Positions 38,146-50,611 of a DNA stretch of 64,000 nt are shown piece by piece (position 1 is the stretch's first letter; every line of letters starts with the position of its first letter). Source of the DNA: Tricharina praecox (lineage: Eukaryota); contig NW_026250414.1 in assembly GCF_024521635.1 (NCBI RefSeq), positions 806,001-870,000 of the forward strand, in the 5' to 3' direction. The notes beneath the pieces were generated by a model. The model was given only the letters and a program-made list of their open reading frames with translations, did not search any database and was not told where the DNA came from. Position numbers and translations under genes: made by a program.

Positions 38146-38591
38146 CTACTTCTCCACCGCGCTCTCCTTCCTGGAACTCCTCACATCCCAGAACCCACCT
38201 CCAACACCCGCGCCATCCAGCTGCGCCCACGTCCCCGCGCCCCGCTCGCGCTCCAGCTTTCCCGCCCACACGCGCAACTGTATTGGCCGCAGCTCGCCGG
38301 CGTAGCGTACGACAATCCCGAAACACAGGAGGACTGCGGCTAGCAGCGTTTCTAGCGCTATGTCCGTCGGGATGGCCGTAGAGGTGGTGGTCGTGGTGAG
38401 CGTGGTGGAGTGCTCGTGCGCTGAGTAGACACTGCAGTTTGCTTGGGTTAGTGATGATGATCGGGAAGCGGAGGTGGGAGGGAGGGGGACGGGGACGGGG
38501 GACGGGGGACGGGGGACGGGGGACGGGGGATGTACGAGTGCGTGAATAGGAGGGCCGCGGTGGCGATGAGGAGTGTTGTTGTGACTGTCAT
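38146..38591 (-). CDS. EMC5: ER membrane complex subunit 5 / MMgT family; intron 38535-38432
   Basis: Spliced: MTVTTTLLIATAALLFTHSVYSAHEH...IPTDIALETLLAAVLLCFGIV...LRPIQLRVWAGKLERE; missed by the ORF track. Confidence 0.85.
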
Positions 38592-41500
38592 TGTGGTTGT
38601 GTAGTTGTGTGGTGATGGTGATGGTGGGAAACTCGAGAGGAGAGGTGTCGTTGTCGTTGACGTTGTCGTTGTCGCGTTCGGCTCACGTTGGTTGGTTAAT
38701 TAGCTACTGCCAAGCTCGTGATCCCTGCATGACGCAGATCGGAGCAGCGTCTTGAGGCATCACTCGGATTTGCGCGTGAGTGAGTGTGCTGGATTTGGGA
38801 TTGCGTTGGGTATTTCGAAATTCCGGAGAGTGTCTGGACACTGCAGCCGGCTTAGGAAGTTCGCGAAGCAAGGTTTGGGAATGGAAGTGGGGGGGGGGGG
38901 TTGTTTCGCGTTGGACCCTCAATTCCACTCCGCTCAAGGATTACACGGCAAAGCCACGCGTACGGTTAAGGTAGTGCGAGATAGGTGTTAAGAAGTATCA
39001 TACCTGGATCAATCATATGGCAGAAAGGAAGTATCTTCTGTAGTTAACAAACTCAGAGAACCTATGAATTTGATTCACCACAACGCCCGGGGATGTGAAT
39101 CAATTATCATGGGTCCCAGAGGCCAGAAAACTCGCAGCCGCGCCGGCACCCCAGCCTATCATACGGTAAAACAGCAACCCCACCATCCCACCCGCTCGGA
39201 TGCATACGGCCCTCTCGACCGTGGTCCGTTAGACAACTATTTTTATGGACGATTTGTAACTTGTGAGGGGTGCACAACTGCACGAGGAGGCCGGAATTCT
39301 CCGTAGACGATGACGACACCGAGTGATCGATGGTCACGTGATGAGAATGAGTCAGCGGGACCAGCGAAAGGTTGTTGACCACGGTGAGAAGGGGGAGGGG
39401 ATGGGCATTGGGGACTCGGGAGGACAATAACATGGTCATATGACGGTGTGACCGGGTAGATAAGGAGTCTGGGGTTAGCTCGCGAATAACTATGGATCAA
39501 AATAAAAAGCGGGGTTAGACCGGCGGAGACTCGGAGTAGGAGGAGCCTTCGCTTGTATGCACACTCTGGTTTTGCGGAGAATTGAGATTGGCCGACGTAT
39601 GTATGGTCCGGCGTTTTGCAAGACTCATGTACCCTGTGGGGGCTGTGTGTTGGTGATGCATGGCGGATGCACTGAGTGGCAATCCTGCCTTGTGCGACCA
39701 TATGCTCCATGGCCCTTGGCATTCCTCCAGCCCTTCCTCGTCTTATCCTCACGGTACCACGAGCCCCTCCTCTCGGGACCCCGCATCTTTGCGAGCGGAT
39801 AGGAGTGCGCACATTCTTGTCAGTACATATTGGTAGCCATCGTGAGCCGTGATTCCCTTGTCAGTACTTGTGAGGAGGTGGCTGACCGCAACGATTGGAT
39901 ACCGCTGTTTTCCGTCTCCGGCGTGCATATCGGTGGTTGAAGATATCCTATCCCCTGCATGTTTCATCTCCGTAGGGGGATTGTACAGCGCTGAGCTTCT
40001 CGATTACCTCTCAATGTATCTGGCGATCATTGCGTCCACGTACCGGTTTTTGATTAATGATAGCTTCTGCCTTCTTGGATACCGCCTGAGAGCGTTTTTC
40101 CACCACTGGACGCTTTCTTTTTCTAGTGACACGGCTGCTGCCTGAAGTCTGGTAACTCGCGGTATCACTCCTAGCCACAACCACTGAGGACGCAATCTTC
40201 ACCTTTTCCGAGATGGAATGCCTCGGTGCTTGCACAAACCGGCTAGGGGTTTGGGATCACAATTTTTCTCCATGACCAGCAGCCAGCCGAGCACGAGTGA
40301 CGAGCTCAGTCAAGGGCAAGGCAGTATTGGGACCAGGCGTTCCGGCCAAAGTGGGTACTGGCGGTGCGCCCCTCCCACAGGCGCAGTCCGACTGCCGCGG
40401 CGAAGCGCGCAGTCTGAAACACCACACTTCCGGTGCATGCAGAGTACCGGTACGCTAAGGTCAGGGAGCATCCCATGTGCCACCACTTGAGACCATGCGA
40501 ACAAGCGGGATGGGTTCCGTCCGGTGTCCCGTCTGCGCAGTCGGAGACACGCAGCCACTGCAGTTCCTGTCCCTCCCGTTCGGAGGCCAAGCAAATTCTG
40601 ATACAATCTATTATCTGCTGATACCTAGCTTTACAGTACACAGCTCTCCACAGCTGGGTGTGTTTGGAATCAATTTATGCGGTGCAACAGAGTGAGCTCA
40701 TCATACCACTATGAATCACCGCCATCCCCCGTTGGCTACACTTGTGGCTTACATATCTACCTACATGGTACACCACAAACCACAAAACCACGAACCAACG
40801 ATTCTTCACCGACTCACCCAACACCTCAAAGTGTTCGCCAATCATGAACATTCGAATCCGATCCACAAAACGTGGCATTCTGCTCATTTTGAGATGAAAG
40901 AAAAATGGCGTAATAGGGAGTTGTGATCTACTCCATTTAAACCATCCTTCCCGTCACCACCGATCACAGGAGCGATGCTGTGGGAGCAATGGAGATTCAC
41001 ATGTTTGAGAATTCTGTTGTGCAATTAGGGCCCATTCAACCGCGAAGTAGAGCTGCAAAGCTGGAATCCACCACGCAAACTAGGGGTCCCTATCCGAGTT
41101 GTGAATGAAGTGTGGCTGGAATGCTGTTTGCTATCACGGTTTATGTTCGGGCCTCCGAAGGCGAAGTTCGCAAGAGCTCTGTTACATCATTTCCTCGGCA
41201 CCCTTGTCGCAACCCTTGAACCGACTCCGTGTGTTGATGTCTGGCGCACATTCCGCTGATTCGTCCATTGCAATCTATGCACATTGATGTCGCGGCGCTA
41301 AAGATCTGATTCGACGCATTCGAGCTCTGCAGCCTCGTACAGGCTGCAATAGCCGCCTGCATGACACCAGAGATCACGTCCACGGTCCGATGTGGTGATG
41401 ATGGTACTGTACATAGGTATCTTGATGGCAGCCTGACCGGCGAAGAATTGGGAAGGAGGCATCCCCCCAGGTGCACATTCCTCCCTTTTGTTGGCAACCA

Positions 41501-41710
41501 TGTTGGCAAACCAGAGGGCTGGCGGTCCGCTGCTGCTGCGGCATACGATGGGAATGAACCGTCCCCACACCGATCTACAACCTTCCCCGCTCTTGATGTT
41601 TTCTTGCGGTGTCCCTCTGATTGATCGTCATAACCCCCAAAAACAAAGTCAAGTTCACGTCTTCGATATCTCTTGGACAAACAAACGAAAAATCTATTCA
41701 TCCAACGGTT

Positions 41711-44700
41711 ATGGATTGCTTCCACATCGTCCTCCAAAATGGCCTATCCAGTATTCGGTACAATCGTAGCCTCCATGCTAAAATCTCATCCCACGCTGCA
41801 CGGATAGGCACTTTCCTGGCCGACGAGTCGGCCCGAACTGATTTCCTCACCGATTTCAACGATTATACAAGCCACCTGTTGGACTTCCTCGCGTTCAACG
41901 AGAAAATGCACGCCGAACTCGGCCGTCGTACGGGCTCGCAGAGCATATCACGTGAGGTGCTCGAGTTGGTCTGTTCTATGCTTTCGTACCCCGAGTTTGA
42001 TCTTGCAGACGCGGATACGATGGACAAGTTGGTCGTTGAGGCCCTCAAACATGCCTTACCGTTGCAGCCCGCTGCACTTAAGGAGCTCGCCACCAAGTTG
42101 GCCGAGAAACCGGGGCTTCTGGAACGCGTTGCGTCGGCGCAAGAAGGAGCGGAAGCTATCCGCAGCCTCTTCTCGGTGCATTTTGTCAACTCCATGCCGT
42201 CGATATCCAATGCTTGGGCGCAGAAGTTGGTTGGCCTGTGTTCCGTCTGCACCGGAAGCCCCATCTGCCACGGAATCGCGACTGAGGTCGAGAAGTGGCG
42301 TGCGTTGACGGAAATCATCGCGGCGCTAGAAACTCATCAACGTGAGATACAGGAAGCCCCGCAGCCGCATTACGCTCGAGCTCCTACCGCCGCGGTGGTG
42401 ATCCGGAGGCTTGATGCAGATGAAAAGAGGTCGTTTTCTGCGGCCAGGAGAAGATCTTCGGTCCTCGAGCCCGAAATCCCGCCGCTCCCGGAACGCGTGG
42501 CGATGATGCTGGATGGACTGCACCTGCAACAGCCAAGGTCCTCGCGCGCCATAGCGGTGCTCTTGGAGCAGGTGCGCGGCGTCGAGATGCCCGCCATCGT
42601 TCAGGCGCTTCTACCGACGTTTCCATGCCGTCCGTGTTATGATCTCTCCAAGGATCCGAAAGCATTGGTGGAGAAGGATAAGCGGATCATGAGAGCCCGT
42701 GCTGACAGTGGATTCTGCTTCGAAAACCCTACAAAAGAGGAGACATTGTTTGGGGAAATGATTGGGCTATGGAAGGTGCTGCTGTCTGCGGCAGCACTTA
42801 AAGATATTCAGAAGCAGATGCTCGGTGGTGTGTGATCCCCTTTCTATTCCTGGGGGGTATCATAGCAGAACTGATGAACTTTTGGATAGGTCACAAGGAG
42901 GTACTTGAAGCCCGACTGCGCATATTGGCTTCCGGAGAGTGGAAGACTGGAAAGCTTTCGAATCTCCCAGGGACCCCCGCTCAGCGGAAATACCTTGATC
43001 CACCACTTCTGGAGGCCGAGGTTGGAAGGCAGCTTCGAATACTTTGGCAGGTGGGTTCCGGGCCAACCGAGGACGGCGGATACAAGCAGCATATCAAGAG
43101 TTCGTAACCCCACTTTTTGCCTCCGGCCAGATGATAGAATAGCTAAGTGGTGTATCTTAGTTTGGAGGGTCGTTAAACCTGTGGATGTAAGATATTAAAC
43201 CCTCAAGTCTTCAAACGGGGTAACTGACGAAATCTTAGGTTTCCAAAGCCATCGACCATGTGGTCATGGTGTGGAGAACGAGGATTCTACAGCCCGAAGA
43301 TGACCCGATCTTGTCGAAGTTTCCTACGTTGGACGAAGCATCCGGCATTTACATACCCATAGAATTGCCTATTCTATACAACTCGCAGAGAAGGCCTTCA
43401 ATCGATACCTACCCATCGATCTCGATTGATGACCGGAGAGGACTCGAAGACTACAGTCAGTCCATACTATCCGCTTGGGATGTTTTGATTCTGACATCCG
43501 TGGCAGACAAATTCTTCGAGTTCACAAAGCCGGTCATGGACAGTTTTCTGACAAACAGTGCGGACGCCGAATTTCCGTTTGATACATCTCCGGAGGAAAT
43601 CGAGGTCATCAAGCACAGAGATTCCGGGACGCTCATCATGGGCCGAAGCGGAACAGGAAAAACGACCTGCCTAGTTCAGAAGCTGGTACGGAATTACACG
43701 GCTCGGAAGCTCATTATCGGGCAAGCCCCACCTCGGCAGGTGAGTCGAACGGTTTCTCTAAAGTGTCCATCATTGCTGATTCGGATACGACGCATAGATT
43801 CTCCTCACCCGCTCAAAGCTTCTCGTCGAGAAGCTTAAGATATACACGAAGCGGCTGGTCGAATCACAGCTCTCCAAGGCGATCACAACGCAGGCCCAAT
43901 CCGACGATTTTACCTTGGACGAGGAGAGTGTGATGTTTTCCAAGACGATTGGTAGTCTTGGGGATGATGATTTCCCTTTGGTGTGCACATTCGATCAGCT
44001 ATTGAGATTGCTGTAAGCTATCTAGTCTTTTCTCCTGTCGGCAATGAACTCGGGCTAATACTTTCCTCCAGTGAGAATACAGTAGAGTTCGTGCACTCTG
44101 CTCCTTTCCGGGAGATGCCCTTGCTTACTTTCGTCCTTTGCGCAGATTCTCCAATCGTCAGAAGTTTCGCGAAGACAAAGCTAAACCGGAGATTTCCGAT
44201 GTGGCCGGACACTATGTGCGGAGATCGCAAGTCGTTGACTTTAAACTTTTCAAGTCCGAGTACTGGGGACAGTTCCCGTCCAGCTTTTCTCGGCACTATG
44301 AGCCTGGGCTGGTTTTCGCCGAGATCTTGGGAGTGATCAAAGGATCGATATCCAATGACGGCGAGCTCGGATGTCTTTCACGTCACGAATACCTTGCCCT
44401 CAGCCGCAAGAAGGCACCTACATTCTCGCCCGAGGAACGAGAAGATGTCTATGACATCTACCTGCGATACGAAAGCAAGAAAGCCCGACACGGGGATCGG
44501 GACGGGATAGACCGGGTGGCCTCGCTGCTCAAGTTCCTACAGACGGCGGAACCGGATTTCAAGCGGACGATGGAAACCTTCTTCGAGGAGATCTATGTTG
44601 ACGAGGTGCAGGATCAGCGATGCATAGACATCACCTTACTCCTCAAGCTCGCTAAGAACCCGACTGGAGTCCACTTCGCGGGTGACTCGGCGCAATGCAT

Positions 44701-47700
44701 CTCGAGGGACTCGACGTTCCGCTTCAGCGATGTCAAGGCTATGTTTTACAATCAGTTCAAGCCGCTGGCTGAGGCGACAAACAATGACAGTCTCGTCCAT
44801 CCAAAGTTGTTCCGGCTCAATAAGAACTTCAGATCTCACCAGGGAATCATTTCCCTCGCTTCGTTCGTTATGGAGCTGTTGTACAAAGGTGCGTCACAGT
44901 AGTCAGGGGCTTTTGCTTCTTCACTGTTTCTCTGTGTTTCATTGGATTGAGGTTTTTTTTTTCTTTTTTCAATCGCATGGTTTTTGTGGCGCGCGACTAC
45001 CACGAGTGACATAATGTGATGCCAATGCTGATATCTTTAGGTTTCCCCCAAACGGTCGACAGAATGGAAGAAGAAAGGGGCCAATACGATGGTTCCATAC
45101 CCACCATGTTCGTTGGCTTGGGTTCGGAAGTGCTTGCGCAGCGACTTGTCGGCCTGGCCGGTGTGTTTGAGAAAGTGTCGGATTTCGGAGCAGAACAGGT
45201 TATCCTCGTTCGAGACGACAGCATAAAGAAAGTAGTCGAGCGCACGCTCGGCGAAGACACAGCGCTGGTGCTCAGCATTCTTGACAGCAAGGGTATGGAG
45301 TTTGACGACGTGTTCCTGCTCGACTTTTTCTCTTCCAGCCCTACTCAGGCCGGATTGAGAACCTTGAAGGATATTCTGGTTCCCGGCAGTAACCGGGCGG
45401 AGAACGAGAGGAACGCACTGCTTTGCTCCGAGCTCAAGGTATGGACCCGGTTGTGACTTACTATAGAGTCAATACTGATCTGTGACCTTTCTCAGCATCT
45501 TTACGTTGCAATCACAAGACCTCGGATTCAGCTATGGATCCTCGAAAGCTCCCCCGAAGCCGCGGAGCCTATCGTCAAGTTATTAGCGAGGGACGGCGCG
45601 AAGCCACTCGTGGATGTTGTGCGGAGAAATGATCCAGACGTGAAGGAAAAGCTGAAGATGATGAAGCCTGCGGTTTCGAGTGATCCCAAAAAGTTTTCCG
45701 AGAAAGGTTACCAGTTTCTGCAAAGAGGATTATACAAAGAGGTATGAAAGTAGATAGAATTCCAACATATTTGCTGAGTCCTTAATTAATGCCGGTACGG
45801 TAGGCAAGCTTTTGCTTCCGCAGGGCAAAGGACGAGCGGGGACAAACCATCTCCAGAGCACATCTGAAGATGGAGGAGGGACGAATTCATCGAGGAGAGG
45901 GCGCTACCAACAAGTTCCTTGAGCTCTTTAGGGAGGCTGTAAAGCTTTTCCGAGAGGCTTCACAGTTAGGAAATGCCGCTTTTTGTCTTGAAGATATGAG
46001 CTACATCGAGGAAGCAGGAGGTGGGGTTCTACCGCTTACTAGCTCCTCCGTGGTCTGAAAAAAACTAATCGGTGTTGCAGACGTTTGGGTTGAAATTGGA
46101 CGCCACGACAAGGCGGCTTCACTGTACAAGAAATGCCGAGCATGGCGTAAAGCGTTTCAGTGCTACGATACGCTCGGATCCTATGCCGAAGCGGCGGCAG
46201 CGCTCCGTCAGGGAGAGCTATTCAACACACTCATTCGGTATCTCCGAGCCAATCGAGAACACCTGGAGCCATCGCAGGTGGCTGCGTACAGCAAGCTTTG
46301 CACTATTCTCTTGGCCCAAGGTCGGATAAAAGAGGACCACCAGGAATTCGTTATCGACTCCCTCGGGTCCGATCGAGAAAAGGAGGAATTCTTACGCAAG
46401 TTTCGCCTCGGGAAACAACTGGTCAAAGTCCTAGTCAAGACCCAGAATTACGGAGAGGCATTCCGCGAGCACATATCAGACGGCAGAATTGCAGATGCGT
46501 TGGAACTGGGGTTGAAGCATTTCCACAACTATTCAAGTATTGAATTGAAGGATCTTATGCAGCCTTTACGCTTCACAGAATTCGAACGGTTTCTTAATTT
46601 ATTGCACCGAGAACCCGGCGAGGAGGCACAATCTCGGCCGTACGATATGTTGCCGGAACTTCCCTGGTCTATTACTAATGCACTATCGGAATGGGCTTCC
46701 TTACGTGAGAAACTTCGTATTAGCACCTTGTGGGGCGTCTTCTCCAGCCTGGACGACGGCCTTCAAAAGGATATACTTGCCATCTTAGTTGGTCATCCTT
46801 CATCTCATCATGTTCATCTACTGACGCGATATTGCCAGATGGTTGTTAACTGGCGCGAGTTGGACTTGTTGCGAGGCTGTGAAGATCTCGCTCTTACTGA
46901 CCTGCGCGGGGTTGTCCAAGCCTTAATTACGACGGTCAATATCTGGGGATCAAATCGAGGCGAGAATCACGAACTTCCGCTGTCCACCGCGATTGTCATG
47001 GGTGCTTTCCCCATTCCGGATAAGCAGGAGACATGGCTCTTGCAGTATTCCCCCCTTCAAAAAGGCACGCCGGGTCCGTCACTCCACAAGTCGGAGGATC
47101 TTTCAAACAGAATCCAGAATGAAATTCTGCTGCGGATGTTGGAACTCTTCCGACGTCTGGAACAAGTTGCGAGGAATATATGGGAGCCGTTCTCCAAGGA
47201 TCTCTGCACCAAGCACATATCGAGAGGTTTGTTCTTCTACAGTCGGTCGCAGAATCTTCAAAGCTCACACTTGGCTTAGGAAATTGCGAAAGCGGGGCCC
47301 TTTGCTATAAAAGACATGTTCCGCCGAGCAGTGTGGAATGCAAGTCCAGAATCGAGGTATGAATCGCGGTCTCGATGGAAATTAACAGATGCGCTGAGCT
47401 AATGCGATTCTTTAAAAGGGTCTGCAAATGATGTCTTCCTTGGTTTGCAGCTTCCGTATGGTATATTTCCGGACCAAAAAATACAGGATGACTGGCAACG
47501 AAGAAGTCCTAACACTTTTCAGCAAGAACCATCTTCCAACCAGTCAGTTAATACTTTTTTTTTTTTTTTTTTTTCTTTTTGGGGGGGGGGGGGGGGGGGG
47601 GGGGTTCTGAGAAACTCTGACGAGTCTTAGAGCGCTATTGGCTGGAGTCTCTATTGCAGGAGACAATATTTAGATCAGCCATTCAACACGATTGCGACGC

Positions 47701-49801
47701 GACAAAAAACGCAATGTCCAACATCGCATCAGGGGGAAGAGAATATACGGCAATATTTGTTGGCGTCGAGGAATTGCTGTTTCATCGTTTGCGGAAGGAT
47801 AGGGAGTGGTACCTGAGGAATGACCTATCCTCAATTTTGGAGCAACGACAACTCTGCGAAAGTCTCGGTATGTGGTCCCTTCTCGACGATGCCCCGCTCG
47901 CAGAGAATGTATCATAAGAACATATGTTACGCAACGATGAGATTAGGCAACATGTCACATGTGCAGTCTATTGAAAATATGTTACTTTAATGGACGGGGT
48001 TGAGCTAACCGAGATAATTGATATTAGGCGAGAGAGTCGCAAAGCGATTTGAGACATACACAAAGCTGATACGCTATAGGTCGGATGTGCGTGTCAAATT
48101 GGATCCGCAACAGATAAATCAGAATGCAGTGTACGACGCATACCAAAGCCTCAAGGATGCAATCTTTAATGCCAAGCGCAACGAGGCCCATGGCGCTGTA
48201 AGTCACAAATATAGCATTCTTCATGCACATCGCTGATTCTGAATAGAAACTCAACTTGAGCTTGGGCCTGGGAAAACTCGAAACCCTCTCTGTGAATGAC
48301 TTTACCTGCTTCCACTCTATCATTGGAATGTTTGAGCGGCTAGCAGCTTTTCTAGTAGGCCCAGCACTCGAAAACTGACTATAACCGACATGGCTGATTG
48401 AAGCAGATGCTATGGACCTGCCAGTCTGCATGCGTTCTCCCGGCTTCATGGATCAAGATTCACCTGCCCGTCCTCATAACCCATCCGCATCAGCTCACGC
48501 GGGGACAACCAGGACGGGGAATCTATGGAGAATGCCTGGTTGAATTGCTCATATCTCTCATCAAATTGATAGAGCGCCTACAACTAGAGGATTCGTTCTA
48601 CTTCTCGTACGGCACCCGAAGATATATCAAGGCCGAAGCGTTTGGGCAAGGAATCCAAGAACGAAATCGGAACCTTCTTGCTATTGCAGTCTTCCATCTT
48701 GCGACTATGGAGGCTCCACCCCCACACTCGGCCGATGTCATCAGGGGAGTGCAGAAGGTATGGCGGATCTCCGCAACTACTATCATGCTAGGTTAGTGGA
48801 GTTGACGAGATCAATAGCTTTTCTGGAATCGCAATCTCTTCGCCGCCGACTTTCAAAATCGTCCACCGATCTCCATGCTTGAACCACTGCATTCGTCGTT
48901 CGCGCGATATGGAGGCAAAGACAGTTTAGTCATCGTCACAATCAAAGAGAAAGTTCCGCCCGCCGCTTTCAACCCCCTGATCATTCGCAAAGTTCCTACG
49001 TCCACTCTCGCCTCGCTGATCGAGTCTAGGAAGTCGCAGCCGGTAACTTCGGGACGCCAGGCCGGAGATTCCGACGAGAAATGGGAGGATGCAGCGGTTA
49101 GGAAAGCAGTGAGGAAGCTGCAGGCGTTTTGGCGCAGACGTCGCCCGTTCCTGCATTCGTACCGAGCGTCGCTCGAGCGCCCACGCGGCGAGGAATCCGC
49201 TTTTGTCTTCGAGAATATCATCAAGCCCAGCCTCAGAGCCATCCGCGATGCGCAACTGCAGGAGCTCAAACTCGCACGCACGAGAGAGCTGCATGAGCAC
49301 TCGTCCGAGGATGAGGATGAGGATGAGGATGAGGATGAGGATGAGGATGAGGATGAGGATGAGGATGAGGAGGAGCAAGGCAAAGCCGATATGGAAGAAC
49401 CCTCCCTGCCAGTGTCTCGCTTCGTACCGAGAATGCTTTGCAAGACCTTGATCCTCGATACCGTTGGCATCGACTTCTACGTCGCAGTTGGGACGCTCCG
49501 CGGTGAAGCCGAAGCCGCGAATGCGCTCTCCCTAGGCGTCCTTACAAACAACAGGATGCAGACATCCGCCGTCGAGGAGCTGATCGAAAGCGACGACATG
49601 GCGGAGTTGAACAGAATCGTTAAGATAGTTTCCGGCGAGATGCTGGGAGTGGAGAAGGTTGGGAAGATGTATGCCGACCCGCAGCGGCATTGGCGGGACC
49701 TGAGACGGGCGTTTGCCAAGGAGATGGAGGAACTCGAGAAAATGCGGGTCAGATTGATGGGGATCGTGCAAACGCTTGAGAGGATGTTGGCTGGGTTGTG
49801 A
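41711..49801 (+). CDS. TRANK1-like SF1 (UvrD-type) helicase with TPR-like repeats, CCCH finger and IQ-like motif; ~17 introns; start codon uncertain
   Basis: Walker A GRSGTGKT, TFDQLL, Walker B IYVDEVQD, AGDSAQCI, LNKNFRSHQGI, SKGMEFDDV, LYVAITRPR; helical repeats downstream. Canonical introns (e.g. 42828-42889, 43100-43160, 43187-43238, 43740-43797, 44889-45040, 45439-45495, 47227-47279) preserve the frame to TGA 49799-49801. Confidence 0.85.
49307..49369 (+). repeat. (GAGGAT)n encoding a poly-(Glu-Asp) tract in the helicase C-terminus
   Basis: Direct reading, ~10 copies. Confidence 0.9.
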
Positions 49802-50548
49802 TGCCACGAGTGGGGGTTTTCATGTCGGTGGTTCTGGGTATTCTATGGGGGTTGATTTTGTACTCAGTTCTGGGTGCTTCCGTCGGTTATTTTGGGTATT
49901 CTGTGGGGTTTTATATTTCATTTAGTTTTGGGTGCGCCACTCACGCCCTACGGAAGCTAGGTAGAGTGGTTTCAAATGGAGCCGTCCATGAAGTGATCAT
50001 GTGACATCACTCGCCCACCACCATTCGACGCAAGAGCACTGCGATGTTATTATTGGTGGAAGTGGAATGAACAGTCTTCTGTCCTTGTCGTACAGGCCTG
50101 GCAGGCCATGTGCCAAATCAAACTTTCCCCGTCGATACATACGGCGGTGACGCGTGAACCGGATGTGAACATGAATGAGCGAAGGTATAATATGCCCGCG
50201 CTGGAGCTAAAAAGGAACCATACGCCCTCGTCGGTATTATATACCTTCGTCGGTACGCATTACCCTCACCAGCCACAGCAAAATTTCTGCATTTTATTCG
50301 TCGATGCAACGAAGACAATGCAACATGACAGAAAGTGGGGTAGAAAAGAGAGAACCCCGAGATATTGTAATACTATCATCGAAATATTTTTACTGAGGAT
50401 TTGCTTGCATTGAATACCTGTCTAATGGCTAATTTGTCTCCAGTCGCGCGTTGTGACAAGCGCAGAGCAGATGAGTGGAATTTGCGCTTGAGTCATAAAA
50501 GTTACTGACTCGCTATGCGCACACCTAGTGACTTGTTATCGAGATGGA

Positions 50549-50611
50549 TTGACTCGTCACTAAAATAAGTTGACCTTCCACTAAATTAAATTGACTCGTC
50601 ACTGAAATACC
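50549..50611. repeat. 21-bp degenerate tandem triplet TTGACTCGTCACTAAAATAAG
   Basis: Copies at 50549, 50570, 50591. Confidence 0.7.

Noticed and set aside
39749-40195. Two in-frame minus ORFs as a stop-readthrough or A-to-I editing case
   Set aside because: The separating stop is TAA within a plausible splice donor, and no recognisable domain spans it.
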